Shown here in pieces: positions 44,321 to 57,333 of a stretch of 64,000 nt of DNA. Position 1 is the first letter of the stretch. Each line of letters begins with the position of its first letter. Position numbers and translations under genes: made by a program. The notes under the pieces were generated by a model. It was not told where the DNA came from. It made no database searches and was given only the letters and a program-made list of their open reading frames with translations. Source of the DNA: Dimorphilus gyrociliatus (Eukaryota; Animalia; Annelida); assembly GCA_904063045.1 (NCBI GenBank), contig CAJFCJ010000016.1, forward strand, positions 62,001 through 126,000, written 5' to 3'.

Positions 44321-45252
44321 ATGAGTGATAATCAGAATTTTCAAACGGTTAAACTGCAAGGAAAAGTAGTAAGAGGATTTGGTAGAGGTAGTAAAGAAAT
44401 CGGAATTCCTACAGGTAAATATATTTTTATCATTGAAAGAGAAAAGTAGCAACTCGCATTCTGTGATGTTGAGGTTAAAAATGAGGTGAATAGGTAACAT
44501 TGACTGTAAATTTAAGTTTCAAAGAAACTTTATATATAATTGTATAAATATATATAATGAATAAAATAATGCGTTTGAAATACTGTAAACTCTATTCAAG
44601 CTATCAATTCCAAGAAATTATTCGGCATACATTTCGAAGTAAACGACTATTTCTTTGAACTTTTTTCACTTTCTTTCAAGGCATGATGTAAAAAGCCTAA
44701 TAATTCTGTATAAAGGATAAAAACTCCTCCCTACCCATATACTGCAGAATCAATACTGTTAATTTATATTTTCAGCTAATTTCGAGCAATCTGTCGTTGA
44801 GAGTCTGCCCACAGAATTTCCATGTGGGATCTATTTTGGATGGGCTAAACTGAATAATGAACCAGTTAGGAAAATGGTAGTTAGTGCTGGATGGAATCCC
44901 CATTTCAAGGATTTGAAAACAAAAGCAATTGTTTGTAATTGTTTACTTTTACTTTCAGTTAAAGAAAAAGAACCACGTTTTCCCCACAGGAAACTCACAT
45001 TTTACATTCTTACAATACTGATTTTTATGGAAGTGACTTGAGAATTATTATAACAGGTTATATTAGAGAAGAGAAAAAGTTTGATTCTTTAGGTAGGGAT
45101 CATAAATTATTAAAATTGAAAGGAGACTTTATATTTCTTCCTTAATTTCAGATGCTCTAATTGAAGAGATGCAAAACGATATTCGCTTTGCAAAAGAGAA
45201 ATTAGACCTTGAAGAGTACAAAAAATATATTTCAGATCCTTTTTTCAAGTAA
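44321..45252 (+). CDS. RFK: Riboflavin kinase
   Basis: GKVVRGFGRGSKEIGIPTAN, GIYFGWA, MVVSAGWNPHF, ETHILH, DFYGSDL, GYIREEKKFDSL. Confidence 0.96.
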
Positions 45253-45903
45253 TATATTTAAAATTTTCTTTGAAAAATACACAATATTTCAGATCTTTAT
45301 AAAACGTTCTATTCTTTTTTTGTTGTTGCTATTTTCCTAAATATTTATCTATTATACCAGGAAAGTTACTTTTTATCAACAATATTCTAAAATATTAATT
45401 TTATCCATGGAACATTGATTAAAATAAAATATTAATCTTTAAGATAAGAAGAATTTTTTAAATATAGGCCTACTAAAGCGTATAGTATAACATGGTTATA
45501 GTCGTGGTTATAAAAATATATAGATTAGAATACGCTGTCAGCGTAATACGACAAAAATATTTTGTCTTCCTATTTGAAGTTCATTACACTATCTGGAATA
45601 ATTATTGCAAAGAGATCTTATATCTCAGACACAAAATGTCTTTTGGCTTATATAAATAACGAATTAATAAGATATAATAACGGGATATAAACTGTCTTAA
45701 AAAGCGAAACACAAATTAAAAAGCAAATCACTTTACATCTATACAGTTAATATTTAGTGCTTAGTCAAAAAAAAGTCTTTCCTTTTAACAATGTCAATGT
45801 TTAATACACAAAGCACAGTGGTTATTAAATTAATATTAGTAATTAATACCGTAGCTTGGTTATACCACAACTACAACCATTTTGTACTTCACACATTCAA
45901 ATC

Positions 45904-46926
45904 ATGTTTCCTGACGATAACAAACCCAAAGATCCGCTAATGGCGGATTTTGACAATCGCCTATCAACTTTTCAGGACTACGACGAAGAGAGTCAGCCCT
46001 TAAAAAAAGAAGTTCTTTGTAAAGCTGGATTTTTTTTTATTGGACCATTTGACAATGTGAAATGCTTCTTTTGTGGTTTAGCTGTAAAAAATTGGAGGTC
46101 TACAGATGATCCATGGCACCACCACGCGAGACTATCACCAAAGTGCCCACATGTTTTGAAAATGAAGGGTCAAGAGTTTGTTCAAAAACTCAGAATTTCA
46201 AAAGCGGTGTGTGACATTTAACATAAATTAAGCTGTAGTGTAAACCACATATATTAGAAACTTTCAGAGAACACTCCAACAATGGTGGCTGATGAACCTT
46301 TTAAAGTACATCCAGATTTGTTTCGAAGGGTAAGTTATTCAACTTGGATGTGATGGAAAATGTCTACAAATATATCGTTTTGCCCTAACTCTAACCAGCG
46401 CTTGTGTTTGCCTAACCTTTTTGAATAGCTAACCCTTAGATGGGATTTCCACTAATTACAAATCAATAGATATCTTCGTCCTCCTAGCCATTTGTCAATT
46501 CAAAATCTATTCTACCTCATTTGTGAACGATTTCCATTAACCCCAATTAATTCAATGATAATATCTATAGCTTTTGCTTGATTTTAGCTTGAAAGCGAAG
46601 ACAGTAGTGAACCAAAAGAGCGGCCGGGCAAAATGCTAAGTTCGATGGAATTACGTATGAGAATGAGTCAACCTTTTACCCGGGAAGTTACTGCCATGTG
46701 TGAAGCTAATTCTATTCCTGCTGATTTCGTTAGAATGGCGCTTGAAAATAGATTTCATGAATGTGGAGATGATTTCGAAAATGCTGAACAGTTCATAAAG
46801 GGTATATATAAACTATTAGATGCTAGAAATGGAAGAGGAACAGCTGTATTTACTATTCAGTCATCGGTGGAGTTGGATAAAGAAAACGAAGAAAGTGAGA
46901 GTTGTATTAGAAGTAATAAGTCTTAG
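45904..46926 (+). CDS. Inhibitor-of-apoptosis family protein with one BIR and a UBA-like region, no RING
   Basis: BIR with intact Zn ligands (CFFC...HARLSPKC, AGFFFIG, W...DDPW). Exons 45904-46206, 46258-46329 and 46588-46926. FVRMALENRFHECGDDFENAEQF resembles the IAP UBA region. Confidence 0.8.
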
Positions 46927-47054
46927 TTTCAATCGTAAGTGTATTTTTTAGATTTTTAGGTTTTTTTGTCCTTTTCATTTCATAGATTTCAATATTGTAT
47001 ACTAAAAAACGTGAGCACACGTTACCCACGTGAGTCTCCTGGCTGCGATAAATA

Positions 47055-50000
47055 TCATGATTTTCGGACTAATTCCTCTATCTAATATCCAAAAAAAAAC
47101 AACCGTGGTGTTCATTGTCTATATAACTTTTTAAAGTGAAATTACCTGGCATCTGTACATAGCTTTCACGTCTTGAAGATCAAGTTTCAATTCTTCTGCC
47201 TCTTCAACTTTTTCGCCATACATTTGTAAGAGAGCTTGGTACCGTGAATCTAATTCCTATATAAAATACATGAAAAAATTATTCTATAAAATAGAAGAAT
47301 GTTTTCTGCTTCTACTATTAGGTAAAGTATTTACTTTATAATTCTTTTTTAAATTGTCAAGTTCTATTAGTTTTTCTGATAAAGTTAAATTATTATTTGT
47401 AACTTTAACCAATTCTTGCATCATTGATTCTCGATTTCTTTCTAATTCCTTTATTTCGCTCTGAGAAATAATTTTTTTTATAATAAGCAAAAATGAAATA
47501 AAAATACAAATAAATGTTTACTTGTAATTGGACAATCTCTCCTTCTCTTTGTTTAAGAGTCGACTGTAAAGCTTCAAATACGTTACCATTGCCAAAATTC
47601 CTTAGATTGTCGTATAATGACGTTTTATTTTGGAAAATAGTTGACGGGAATGTTAAATCATCGTGTGAAACGTATGGAGTCGATCTACCACTTGATGATT
47701 GTTTACTGAACATACTTTCATTCATTGAAATTGAATCGGAAGGGTTAATTTGTAGTTGTAATTGCATTTCCTAGTAAATAAAATCATTGATAATAATATC
47801 TGTATAAATATAGAGCAAGGCCATATTATTTACTTTATCTTGAAGTTGCTCTTGAAAAGCTAACACTTTTTTTCTTTCGTTTTCAATTTTCATACTTTCC
47901 ATTTCCAAATGACTATTTAATTGTATATTCTGCTTCTTTAAATCAGATATTTCGTGCTCCAACGACACTGTTTTAGCTCTTAATTTTGCTTCGACACTGT
48001 ATAGTTTTTTTAATTAAAAATTAATTTAATTAATTATAAATAATTAATATACAATAAGCCTACTCAGTTCTAGAATCTTCTGCAAGTAATAATTTCGCTT
48101 TTGTTACTTCGTAATCGGAAAGTAAATGACTTTTTTCATTTCTTATTGTAGATAATTGCGATTCTAGAGACATGATTTTAGCATTGAGTTGCATAACTTT
48201 TTCGCTAGCGAGACGTTCTCTCTCTTGAAAATTGCTTGTCTGCATTTGAGCATCGTTCAGGCGATCTTGTAAATTTTTTTCAACTACTTCATAGGTACTT
48301 GTTTGCTCACTGAACGACGCTTGCAAGTTTTCAATTTGACGGAGTAGTGGGCGAGTTGCGGCCGTAACGTTACCGGTTAAATCTTGGTGACGATCGTCCG
48401 CCTCTTGAAGACGTTGTTGTAAATCGTTTATCTCTTGCTTATAGCAATCTTCTTTACGCCTTAGTTCTCTTTCCGTTTTAGAAAGACATTGCTGTAATTA
48501 AGATAATTATTGTATATTATTTAGATTATTTCAAACTATTACTACAAACAGACCTGTAAATCTTCAATTTGACTAAAAAGTGACTTTTCTTCTTCTTTAG
48601 CTTCCCTCTTATACTGTTCTAGTGCTACAAGTAAATATCGATAAATAGTAAAACTTTCTCTTATGATTATTATGATTATTATCATTCAAGTAGATTACCT
48701 GATCTTAATTGTTCTTGAACAAACAAATCTCTACTTAAGGCAGCTTCTTGTTCTTCGCTGGCTTTTGTTGCCTTTTCTTTATGTAGGCCAGCAATTTCTC
48801 TTTTAAAACAATATAAAATTTGTATAATATAAATAAAAATTAACGTTTAAAGACTACAAACTTATAAGCTTTTTCAAGAGTTGCCTGCAAACCTCTGCAT
48901 TTCTCTTCGGCATCTTCAAAATCGCTCTAAAACAATTAAAAAAAAATCGTATATAGTATGAAAAAGAACCGGAAGATAAAACAAAGGAAGATATTTTAAT
49001 AGAAATTATTCCAACTTTTAATTTGATCATATCATTTTCTTGAGATTGAACAGCGGCATTTTGTTGAGTAATAGCTTCCGCTTGTTTCTTTAATAATTCT
49101 TCTTTGGAATCTATTACTTTCTTTAAATATTCAATTTCATTTTTTTGCTTTTCAATTAATGAACTTAAATGGAAAAAAAAAGAAAATAAACGTTTATTTT
49201 TGATATTTAAAAAAAAAAAGAAATGAACGAAAGTAAAACTCACGAATTCGACTTTGACAATTGATCATTATCCTTTTCTTTGGCTCTTAATTTTTTAATA
49301 ATTATACTATTCTGTAATTGTTGTTTAGATAATTTCTCTCCTTCTTCTAATAACTCGGCAATAATTTGTTCTTTCTCTTTTAAAGCTTTTTCAATAGCTG
49401 ATGTATCCCATCTATATAATAAGATGAAAAGTGAAATACATACGTTAAAATAGACATTTATCGATAATGAAAGTATAAATATTATATTACAAACATTTTA
49501 TTCTTTAACTCTGACTGTAATTTTTCATTTTTATTCACTAAATCGTCAACTTCCTTATTCCTTTGAGAAAGAAGAGATTGAACTTTTGCGAATTTTTCCT
49601 CATATTCTACCGCCAAATTCTTTATTTCGGTTAAAGTTTTCTCTTTAGTTGCAACGGCGTCTTGTACTTGACTATAAAATTTTAATAAACAATATTCGTT
49701 TATATTTATAATAAGAAAAAAACAAAACTTTTCATTTACTTTTTTAATAAGTTTCCAGTTTCTTGTAATTCAATATTTTCTTTACTTAATTCTAATAGTT
49801 TATGCTCTCGTACATCTAATATTTCAGCCATTTCACCAAGTTTCTATATAAATATAGAATTATGATAAAAATTTAATAAAGAAATAATTATCTATAGATT
49901 AGAAATAAACAAAACAAGTTATATGTGTAATAATATCAATAAGAGAGAAATAGACAAGAAGAGAAGTGGACAATTAGAACGATTTGTTACTAGATATAAG

Positions 50001-52605
50001 AAGAAGAAAATTGATTAACAAGAATTGTAACAATGTCAACCAGAAATGTTCATTTCTTTAGTAACTGTACAAGAATTAGTAGTTGTTTTTTTTATTGATT
50101 TTAAAAGAATCTATCTATTTACATATTTACAAAAATAATGTTAAAATATGACCATTTTGGTTAATTATATTAATATTTTAAGCAGACTTTTTTTTTCTCT
50201 GTATTCTTATAATAAAGTAACTAATACTTTATGAATTATCACTCATATTCTAATGCTTTAGAGACAGTTCTAAAAAAATGATTTCATATTGTTTGCTGCT
50301 TAATTAATAAGACAATTGAAAAAAAAAGTGAAGACATAAAAAAAAAGACAAACATTTCTTTTTATCTTTTTACTTTTAGTAAAAAAAAGTGTCACTTGAA
50401 TAAATAATTAAGGATTGATTTTGTTTTTAAAAAGTAAACAATGAAAGAATATGACTATTTTCGTATTCCGTCTCGTATTTTTTTCTTGATAATTGATTAT
50501 TTATAATGAAAAATATCAATTCTTTTATACGGATATATCAATCCAAAATTGTTTATTGCTAAAAAGAAAAAACCTGTCCTACATTTCCACTGTTCATCTC
50601 CAATTTTCTTTCTTCATTTAATGTTTGTGGCTGCTAATTGTTTAAGCATACTTTTAGGGTCTGGTTGAGAGTAGAACTTAGAGGAAACTATTAACATAGA
50701 TGTATTTTTTGTGTCTTTACTTTTTTTTTAATTAAGATAATAATCCATTTCACTAATACTATAAACACCTAGAACTATATATACAGCATATACACTTAAC
50801 GTGCTTTATAAAGTAAACAAACCTTTAATAGCTTCTCAGATCGAAATGGATCATTTTCTGATGCTGAATATTTTCAAAATAAAAAGATAAGAAAACTATT
50901 TTCTTAATTAATAAAAGTAAATATAACTCACAAAGAGACTGGCAAGCGACAAATTGCCTACCAACAGAATCAAAACTCGACCCACTATCAGACCTTTGGT
51001 GTAGACTTGGAGGACTGCTTCTTCTAACAACTTTTGACATTAATTGCCTAACAGGAGATGCTGATGTTCTATCTTTATCGCCATTTGGTGTTGGAATAGA
51101 AAGGATTTCAATATCTGAAGAAGTTGTTGTTTCTATTTCATCAGCTGAAGTATGTCCTGAATCAAGTTTTAAAACGTCAATGGAAGATCTTCCATTGGAA
51201 TCAGTAGAGTTAGAATCTTTATTCACTTCCGTCATGGCATCCTCCAGAAGATTTTTAACAGAATTAGTAAGCTCTGATTCGACAATTATTGTTTGGTTAC
51301 TATCGCTAAGTTCGGCTCTAGAATCCGATGAGCTTGTATTCGATATGGTAACTTCTTCAGGTATTATTGTGCTTGAAGAGGAACTATTTCTAATTTTCCC
51401 TAGCTTATCATCTTTAGCGGGCTCCTGATCTGAGCACTCTTCAAATGGCCTATCTTCCTGAGGAATATTTTGGGATATGGTTTCCACAACTTCCTTACTA
51501 CAAGAACTTGATTCAGTTTCGTCCACAGCTTCAGTTCTGTCGATATTTATACTCTCCTTCCCTTCAGTACTCTCTGAGTCTAGGGTCCTTTCAAGAGTTG
51601 AAGTATCCGATTCAGCATTCAAGCAAGTAGTTTCCCCTGCAGGTTCTAGACTGCTAGCAGTTTTTAAATCAGCGGAAATTTTCATATTTTCATCAATTTC
51701 CATTAAATCACCTTCGGGTAATAAGACACTTTCATTCGTCCAATCGCCCTTAGCGCTCATGAAAGAATCCGTAATTTTTACGGCAAAAGTAGAAGATTCT
51801 AAATACGATTGTTTCACTTTTAATTGATCATTTGTATTTAATAATTCATCACGCTGAACTCTAAAATCTCTCTGAGCCTCCTCTTCCGAGGGTTTCTTAT
51901 TCATAATATTTTCTGCATCACTTTCGCCAACTTCTTCAAAATTTGAACTAAGGGTATAACTATCTTCATTAACAGCAGCTTCATGGGCGGTGTCCACTTT
52001 AAACTTGGACACGGAACTTTGAGGACTACTGCGAGAAGGTTGACAAATTTCTTTTACAGATTTACTTGAACTTTCTTGACCGTCATTACTATTATCGAAC
52101 CAAGTATTCCAAAAACTTTCATGGTCTTTCGATTCAAATGTTTTAGGTTTTGTGGACTCGTCAGTTGATTTCCTGACAACGGACTTAGTATCTATAATAA
52201 ATATAGACTAAATTAAACAAAATGTAAGCTGAATGATGTTCTATATTCCGAGTTAGATAAGATCAGATATTACGCAATAAAAATTCAATATAATTTTGTT
52301 GACTGATATTAATAAACTTTAAAAAACTTTATTAGAATGCATACAATCTATCATGATTATAAATAATAACTAATTGGATTTATTATTTGGTTATGAGAAA
52401 ATGGTGAAGTTTAAAGAGAAACTAAGAGAATTTACATAAATGGAGGATTTTAACAAATTTTCGTTTATGTCTGAAAGTGATATTGACCTGTTACGTTTGC
52501 TTCTTCATCCTCCTGAATATCTAACACTTTATCTATTTTCTTTTGGGCAGTTTTTAATGTTTTTGTGGCGAAATTCGACAACGAAGCAGAGTCCCACCAA
52601 TTCAT
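47055..52605 (-). CDS. TMF1: TATA element modulatory factor 1 (golgin TMF1)
   Basis: MNWWDSASLSNFATKTLKTAQKKIDKVLDIQED, GHTSADEIETTTSSDIEILS, long coiled coil, TRPLLRQIENLQ, LQSTLKQREGEIVQLQ, LLQMYGEKVEEAEELKLDLQD, IEELVRKS*. Confidence 0.95.
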
Positions 52606-53812
52606 TTTTATCCTAAATACTATTTAACAATTAAAGGTCGTAGTTTCTATGTGCTTTCATCAAACCAAACTAAACAAATTCCTTTATATAATGTTCAAAT
52701 ATTGTAAGCAAACTCCTTTAACGAAATTATAGATGAGCAACGCTATTTGTTGTCTAAAGTAGAAATGCCATCAAGGCAACAACCATGTTCTTAGTTTCGT
52801 ATTTTGCTTGTTTTTATTTTTTTTAGTTCGGGTTCGCTGTCACGTTGTCGACAGTCAATCTATTTCCTACTCATTTTGTAAACGGCTCTGGTAACCAGAT
52901 TTCCCTTCACTCGAACAAGACTATATAAATGGTCTGAAAATTTTTTTTACACAGGTGTTACAAACAGGAAGCCAATGAGAACAATCCAATAATTACTATG
53001 TTATTTTATTCATTTATCGTAAGATTTTCGATAATCTATAATTTAAATTTCTTTTTTAAAATTTCGCAATAAAACATTCGATCTATAGAAAGCAAAATTA
53101 TGCCAATGGTAAAACAGTTTGTAGGTAATAGTGAGTTATTTTATTTTAAAAACAAAATAAACAATGCTTATGGAAAATAATCACAAAGAAGGCAAAACCA
53201 ATAAAACTAAAAAAAAAAACAATAAAACGTTTAAAAAGAGATTTGAGTCAGTTATTCAATGCACAGACTATATTTATAAGGCGATCTCTTTTAATAGTTA
53301 GCTTATGGTCAAGTTTCCATATGCCCCTTACTGGTTAATTGTTCCCACTGCAAAACGAATCTTTGAATTGAAATACGTTTATTACTCCATGTGTTTACTT
53401 ATATACAATAAAGATCATAGCGTGTATACAAAAACTGTATGGAAGGTACAGGATATCTGAAGATAATACTATTATTACCATATGATTTTAAGCGAACGAA
53501 GAATTTTTTGGTCAACCCGAAAAATAAACTAGACTAAAAAAGAATAATTAGTTCGCCTCTAAAAATGGCATTAAAAACATTTAATCGGCTATTTAAAACA
53601 CTATTTCTCAAGCCAATTATCATAGTTATCATAGTTTATCATAGCTGTGTATTTTTACTATACCTTGTTAGAATTTGTTTGGTACCAATCATTCATTACT
53701 TTTATCAAACATTACGGTAGTAAAACCAACGTACAACTGATTCCTTACAGTTAAAGTCAGAGATGAACAAGAAAAATTAACCAATTGTTTAAATAACGAT
53801 AAATATTTCCCG

Positions 53813-56326
53813 TTATGCAATTTGACCGTCTTCTAATTCTTGTAATAGTTTTTGTCTTCTTCTTTCCAGTTCTCCTTCACTTAATTCACTTTCTGAATTC
53901 GTACGCTCTCCTTCCTCAGATGCGGAATGAACAACAGGAGTTAACTAAAAGTAAAAACATATCAAATAGCTACACACAAAAATAGGAAATGTTTTTTATC
54001 AACTTACTGATTTAGATTTCCGACTTTTCTTTTTTTTGGATTTTTTATGCCTCTTATTATCATGCTCGGCTGTAAATGAAAAGTATTATATAATCATTTT
54101 TCAAATAGATTAATTTAAAATAAAGTTTTGATATTTACCCGAGTCAGAAGGCGACTCAGAAGGAGATTTTGAGCGACATTTTTTTTTCTTTTTCTTCTTC
54201 CTATTTTCTTCTTCAGAACCACTGCTTCTAGAGTTGGAGCGAGATCTCTTCTTTAACTTCTTCTTAGCTTTATTACCACCTATTAATAAAATACAATATT
54301 AAACCTCAAAGTTGATTGTCTATTAGTATTTAAATTTACCTTTATGTTGATGGAAACAAGTGTTTTGTAAAGCATGAATATACTCTTTAAAAAACCTTTC
54401 TCTATCACTCTCTAGATCAACGGCTGTGAAAGCTGGATGAGACGCGTATAAATTTCGGACACTCTGCCATGAATCTTGAGGTTGAATTGCTGGATCAGAT
54501 TCTGCTAACAAGTTTTTAAAATTATTCTCAATTTTTTTAATTCTTCTTGCTTCTTCTTTCTCTCTTTCCTTTTCTCGAGCTTCTGCCTTTTCTACTAAAC
54601 TATTATACGTTAATTTTAAATTTCCTTTGTCCAAGTTCTCTGAGCGTTTATCAACGGATACTATTGTCGCCATTTCCTCAAATTTAGTATTTATTTCTAC
54701 TGTGAACTTTTTATCTTTCAGTATCTCTTTGACTGTTTTTTTCTCATCGTAGAACCGAGCTTTCAAATCTTCTACGTAAAATTTAAATAGATCTAGAGGG
54801 GTTGAGCCCGATTGTCCTAACATCGCTGTAAATCTTTGATCTTGTGATATAACAACGTATAAATCCATCCATAAAGACATGGAATTTAATTGGCCAGTTT
54901 CGTGTAGCTCGTCTAATAATACAAGAAATCCTTCTCTATTCTTTCTTTGTTGTCGTTTTAACATTTTTTTCTTATGTTCTTTCTCTTCTTCGTGTTCTTT
55001 TTCCAATTCTTTAATGTGATCTTCGAAACATATTAATGCATCCTCCTTATCCATATTTTGAAGTTCGTGATCTTCAGTAAACTCTGTATTATCTAGAAGC
55101 ATTTGTTGAGCTTCTGTCCATGTTGTTTTGTACGTTAAATCTGGCATTTTGTCCAGTATTTGAGAAAACTTTTTTATATTCTGTTTTCGCAGTCTTTTCG
55201 CCTCCTCCTATAGTAATGGAAATAAAATTTCTCATTTATTATGCTTCTATTTATTATATTACACGTATGACACAAAAATAGTAATAACATACCTTCTCTC
55301 TTTTTGCAACCAACACTATAGCATCTTGGAAGACTTCTCTTCTATCTCTTTCATGTACTGCTCTCCATTGAGGCCTATCCAAAAACAATTGTTCTGCTTT
55401 TCGAAACTTTAAGTTTGAATGGACTCTTTCATTTTCAACTAGAAACGTTTCTAGGTCCTCTTTAGCTTTCTTTTGTTTCTGCCGTTGTTCTTCTTTTTCT
55501 TCTTTTGCTCGTTGTGTTTTGTACTGATTGAAAATTTGCTTCTTCTCAGAAAGACCCTTGAGAGCCGAGAAAATTGGATCAGATTGGATAATTTTCAATG
55601 CATTTTCCCAAGATGTATTAGAACCAATTTTTTTCTCGGATAGCAATTTTTTGAAAGCGTCCACCATCTCTGATTTGTTTTTAAATTTGATTTCTTCCAC
55701 TACTTGTTCTGGGGTGGCTACAGCGCTTAGAGTAGCCTCCATGGCTTTTACTATAGCAGATTTTGATTGGGTTGTTATTGGGCTTTGGACACGCTGAGCA
55801 TTCTCTTGTGCAATCTGACTCTCAATCTCTGTTAGCTCTTTCGGTTTCGTCCAAATCGATTCTTTCGTTTTAGAATTATAGTAATAGATGCGCCCGTCAT
55901 CTGCACGATGCTCTTTCCAGGAGCATTGAGAAAGTAACAGTTCCGATCTTGACTTTAAATCATCTGGTTTCTCCCAAACAGATCTTTTCGTCTCAGAATT
56001 GTAAAAAAAGGTCCGCCCATCAGCCGCTTGATGTTCCGTCCAAGGGGATTTCTTTTGAGGATCAAAATGGGGTGAATAAGTCGAAGGAGAGTTCGAATCG
56101 CTTGTCTGTATACCGGGGGGTCTATGAGGTGGCATTGCCGGCGGTGGTTGCATCCCCATATTCATGCGAAACGGTTGAAATCCTATACCGGTATTGTTGA
56201 TCACTTAAAGCTTATTATATCGTACAAGTTCTTACCTTGTGGGGGCATTCTGGGTGGAGCTGACCAGCCACCCGGTTGGAAATTACCAGGGGGTGGGCCC
56301 CTTGGTCCTCCTGGCATTCCGCTCAT
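53813..56326 (-). CDS. PRPF40A: Pre-mRNA processing factor 40A (2 WW plus FF domains)
   Basis: Pro-rich start, two WW domains ([30 protein letters not shown]), FF repeats, [17 protein letters not shown]-terminal [16 protein letters not shown]. Confidence 0.97.
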
Positions 56327-56751
56327 CCTTTAGATTATTAATTAACTCGTTTTGTCATTAAATAAACAGGATCTTTGTAGAAGCTGAACGCGTCTTCAAA
56401 GAATACCAGTTCTTATTCACAAAGAATGTGACTATTTCGCAAAATTAGTACCGGTAAATTTTAGTAATATGGTTACAGGTTCCGGCACAAGATTTTTTTG
56501 GATAGTTTTCAACAAGTGATTTTAGATTAAAAATTAGTTTTTCTTTCCAAAGTAGAATAACAAGAAGACAATTATTTTCAATTAAAAGAACGTTATAACA
56601 TAGCTTTTAACACATGAAACTATTTTCTGAAATGACTCTAATTTCTATTTACATTAAAATCTGTTGAAAATACTATTTTCATTGTTTAATGTCAGGTATA
56701 TAATAATCATAAGTTAAGTTTTAGTCATAAACTATAAAAGTTTATTCATTA

Positions 56752-57333
56752 TTATTTTAGATAAAATAAAAAGTCGCTCTTTTTATCAATCATAATTTCG
56801 ACAAGTGAAATCAGATAGGGAGAATTTCTTATTTGATTCTTCTCTATATCCGACTTTTTTTTGCTTGCGAGCTTCAAAGAGATAAGCTCTTGGTATGCAT
56901 TAACAAGACGCATCCAGGATACGCAGTTGTCAAACATTCCTGGCAACAACTACTGGAAAAAAGCATACATAAGAAGTCCAGTGATGAAAATTGTTCCAAC
57001 AACGCCAAACAATTGAACGAGAATAATTGAGAAATCTCCAGAAATTTCACCAACTATAAAAGGATGGCAAAACGCATAGTATAATGCTGTACAAAGGATA
57101 GATATCACAATAAGTTCAGTGATAACATCAGCGTTGGTTGGTCCAAACTTCCTGCCTAGTTGTCGCCAAGTAGGTCTAAGAGGAAAAAAACATATAATAG
57201 CCATCTAATAACAATCGAAGTTTTTTTTACCAAAGGCTTATCATAAGATTATTATACTATTAGAATGTGTTCGATAATTTAAAATAGTGAAAAATTCATG
57301 CACTTACCTTTCAACTGCGTATCCGAGTCATTG
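56752..57333 (-). other. In-frame downstream extension of NAA20 (candidate readthrough/recoded region) with an intron at 57176-57307
   Basis: After the NAA20 UGA: CAA UGA CUC GGA UAC GCA GUU GAA AG|GTAAGT...TTTTTTTCCTCTTAG|A CCU ACU UGG. The frame stays open 75 codons (two TM helices) to UAG 56950-56952, then 65 more codons to UAA 56752-56754; AATAAA at 56746-56741. Confidence 0.55.

Noticed and set aside
57030-57131. Hammerhead ribozyme (CUGAUGU ... GAAA) within the NAA20 hairpin
   Set aside because: The core is CUGAUGU, not CUGANGA, and no stem I or proper stem II can be formed.
56950-57175. Homology of the two-TM extension to DPM2, DAD1 or TMEM218
   Set aside because: Only scattered hydrophobic matches by eye; not supportable without a profile search.
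56950-57204. Stand-alone 84-aa gene starting at ATG 57204 (ORF track)
   Set aside because: The first nine codons (MAIICFFPL) are the branch/polypyrimidine tract of a strong acceptor paired with a perfect donor at 57307, and only 130 nt separate it from the NAA20 stop. The RNA helices continue across that junction. Not fully excluded without 5' end data.
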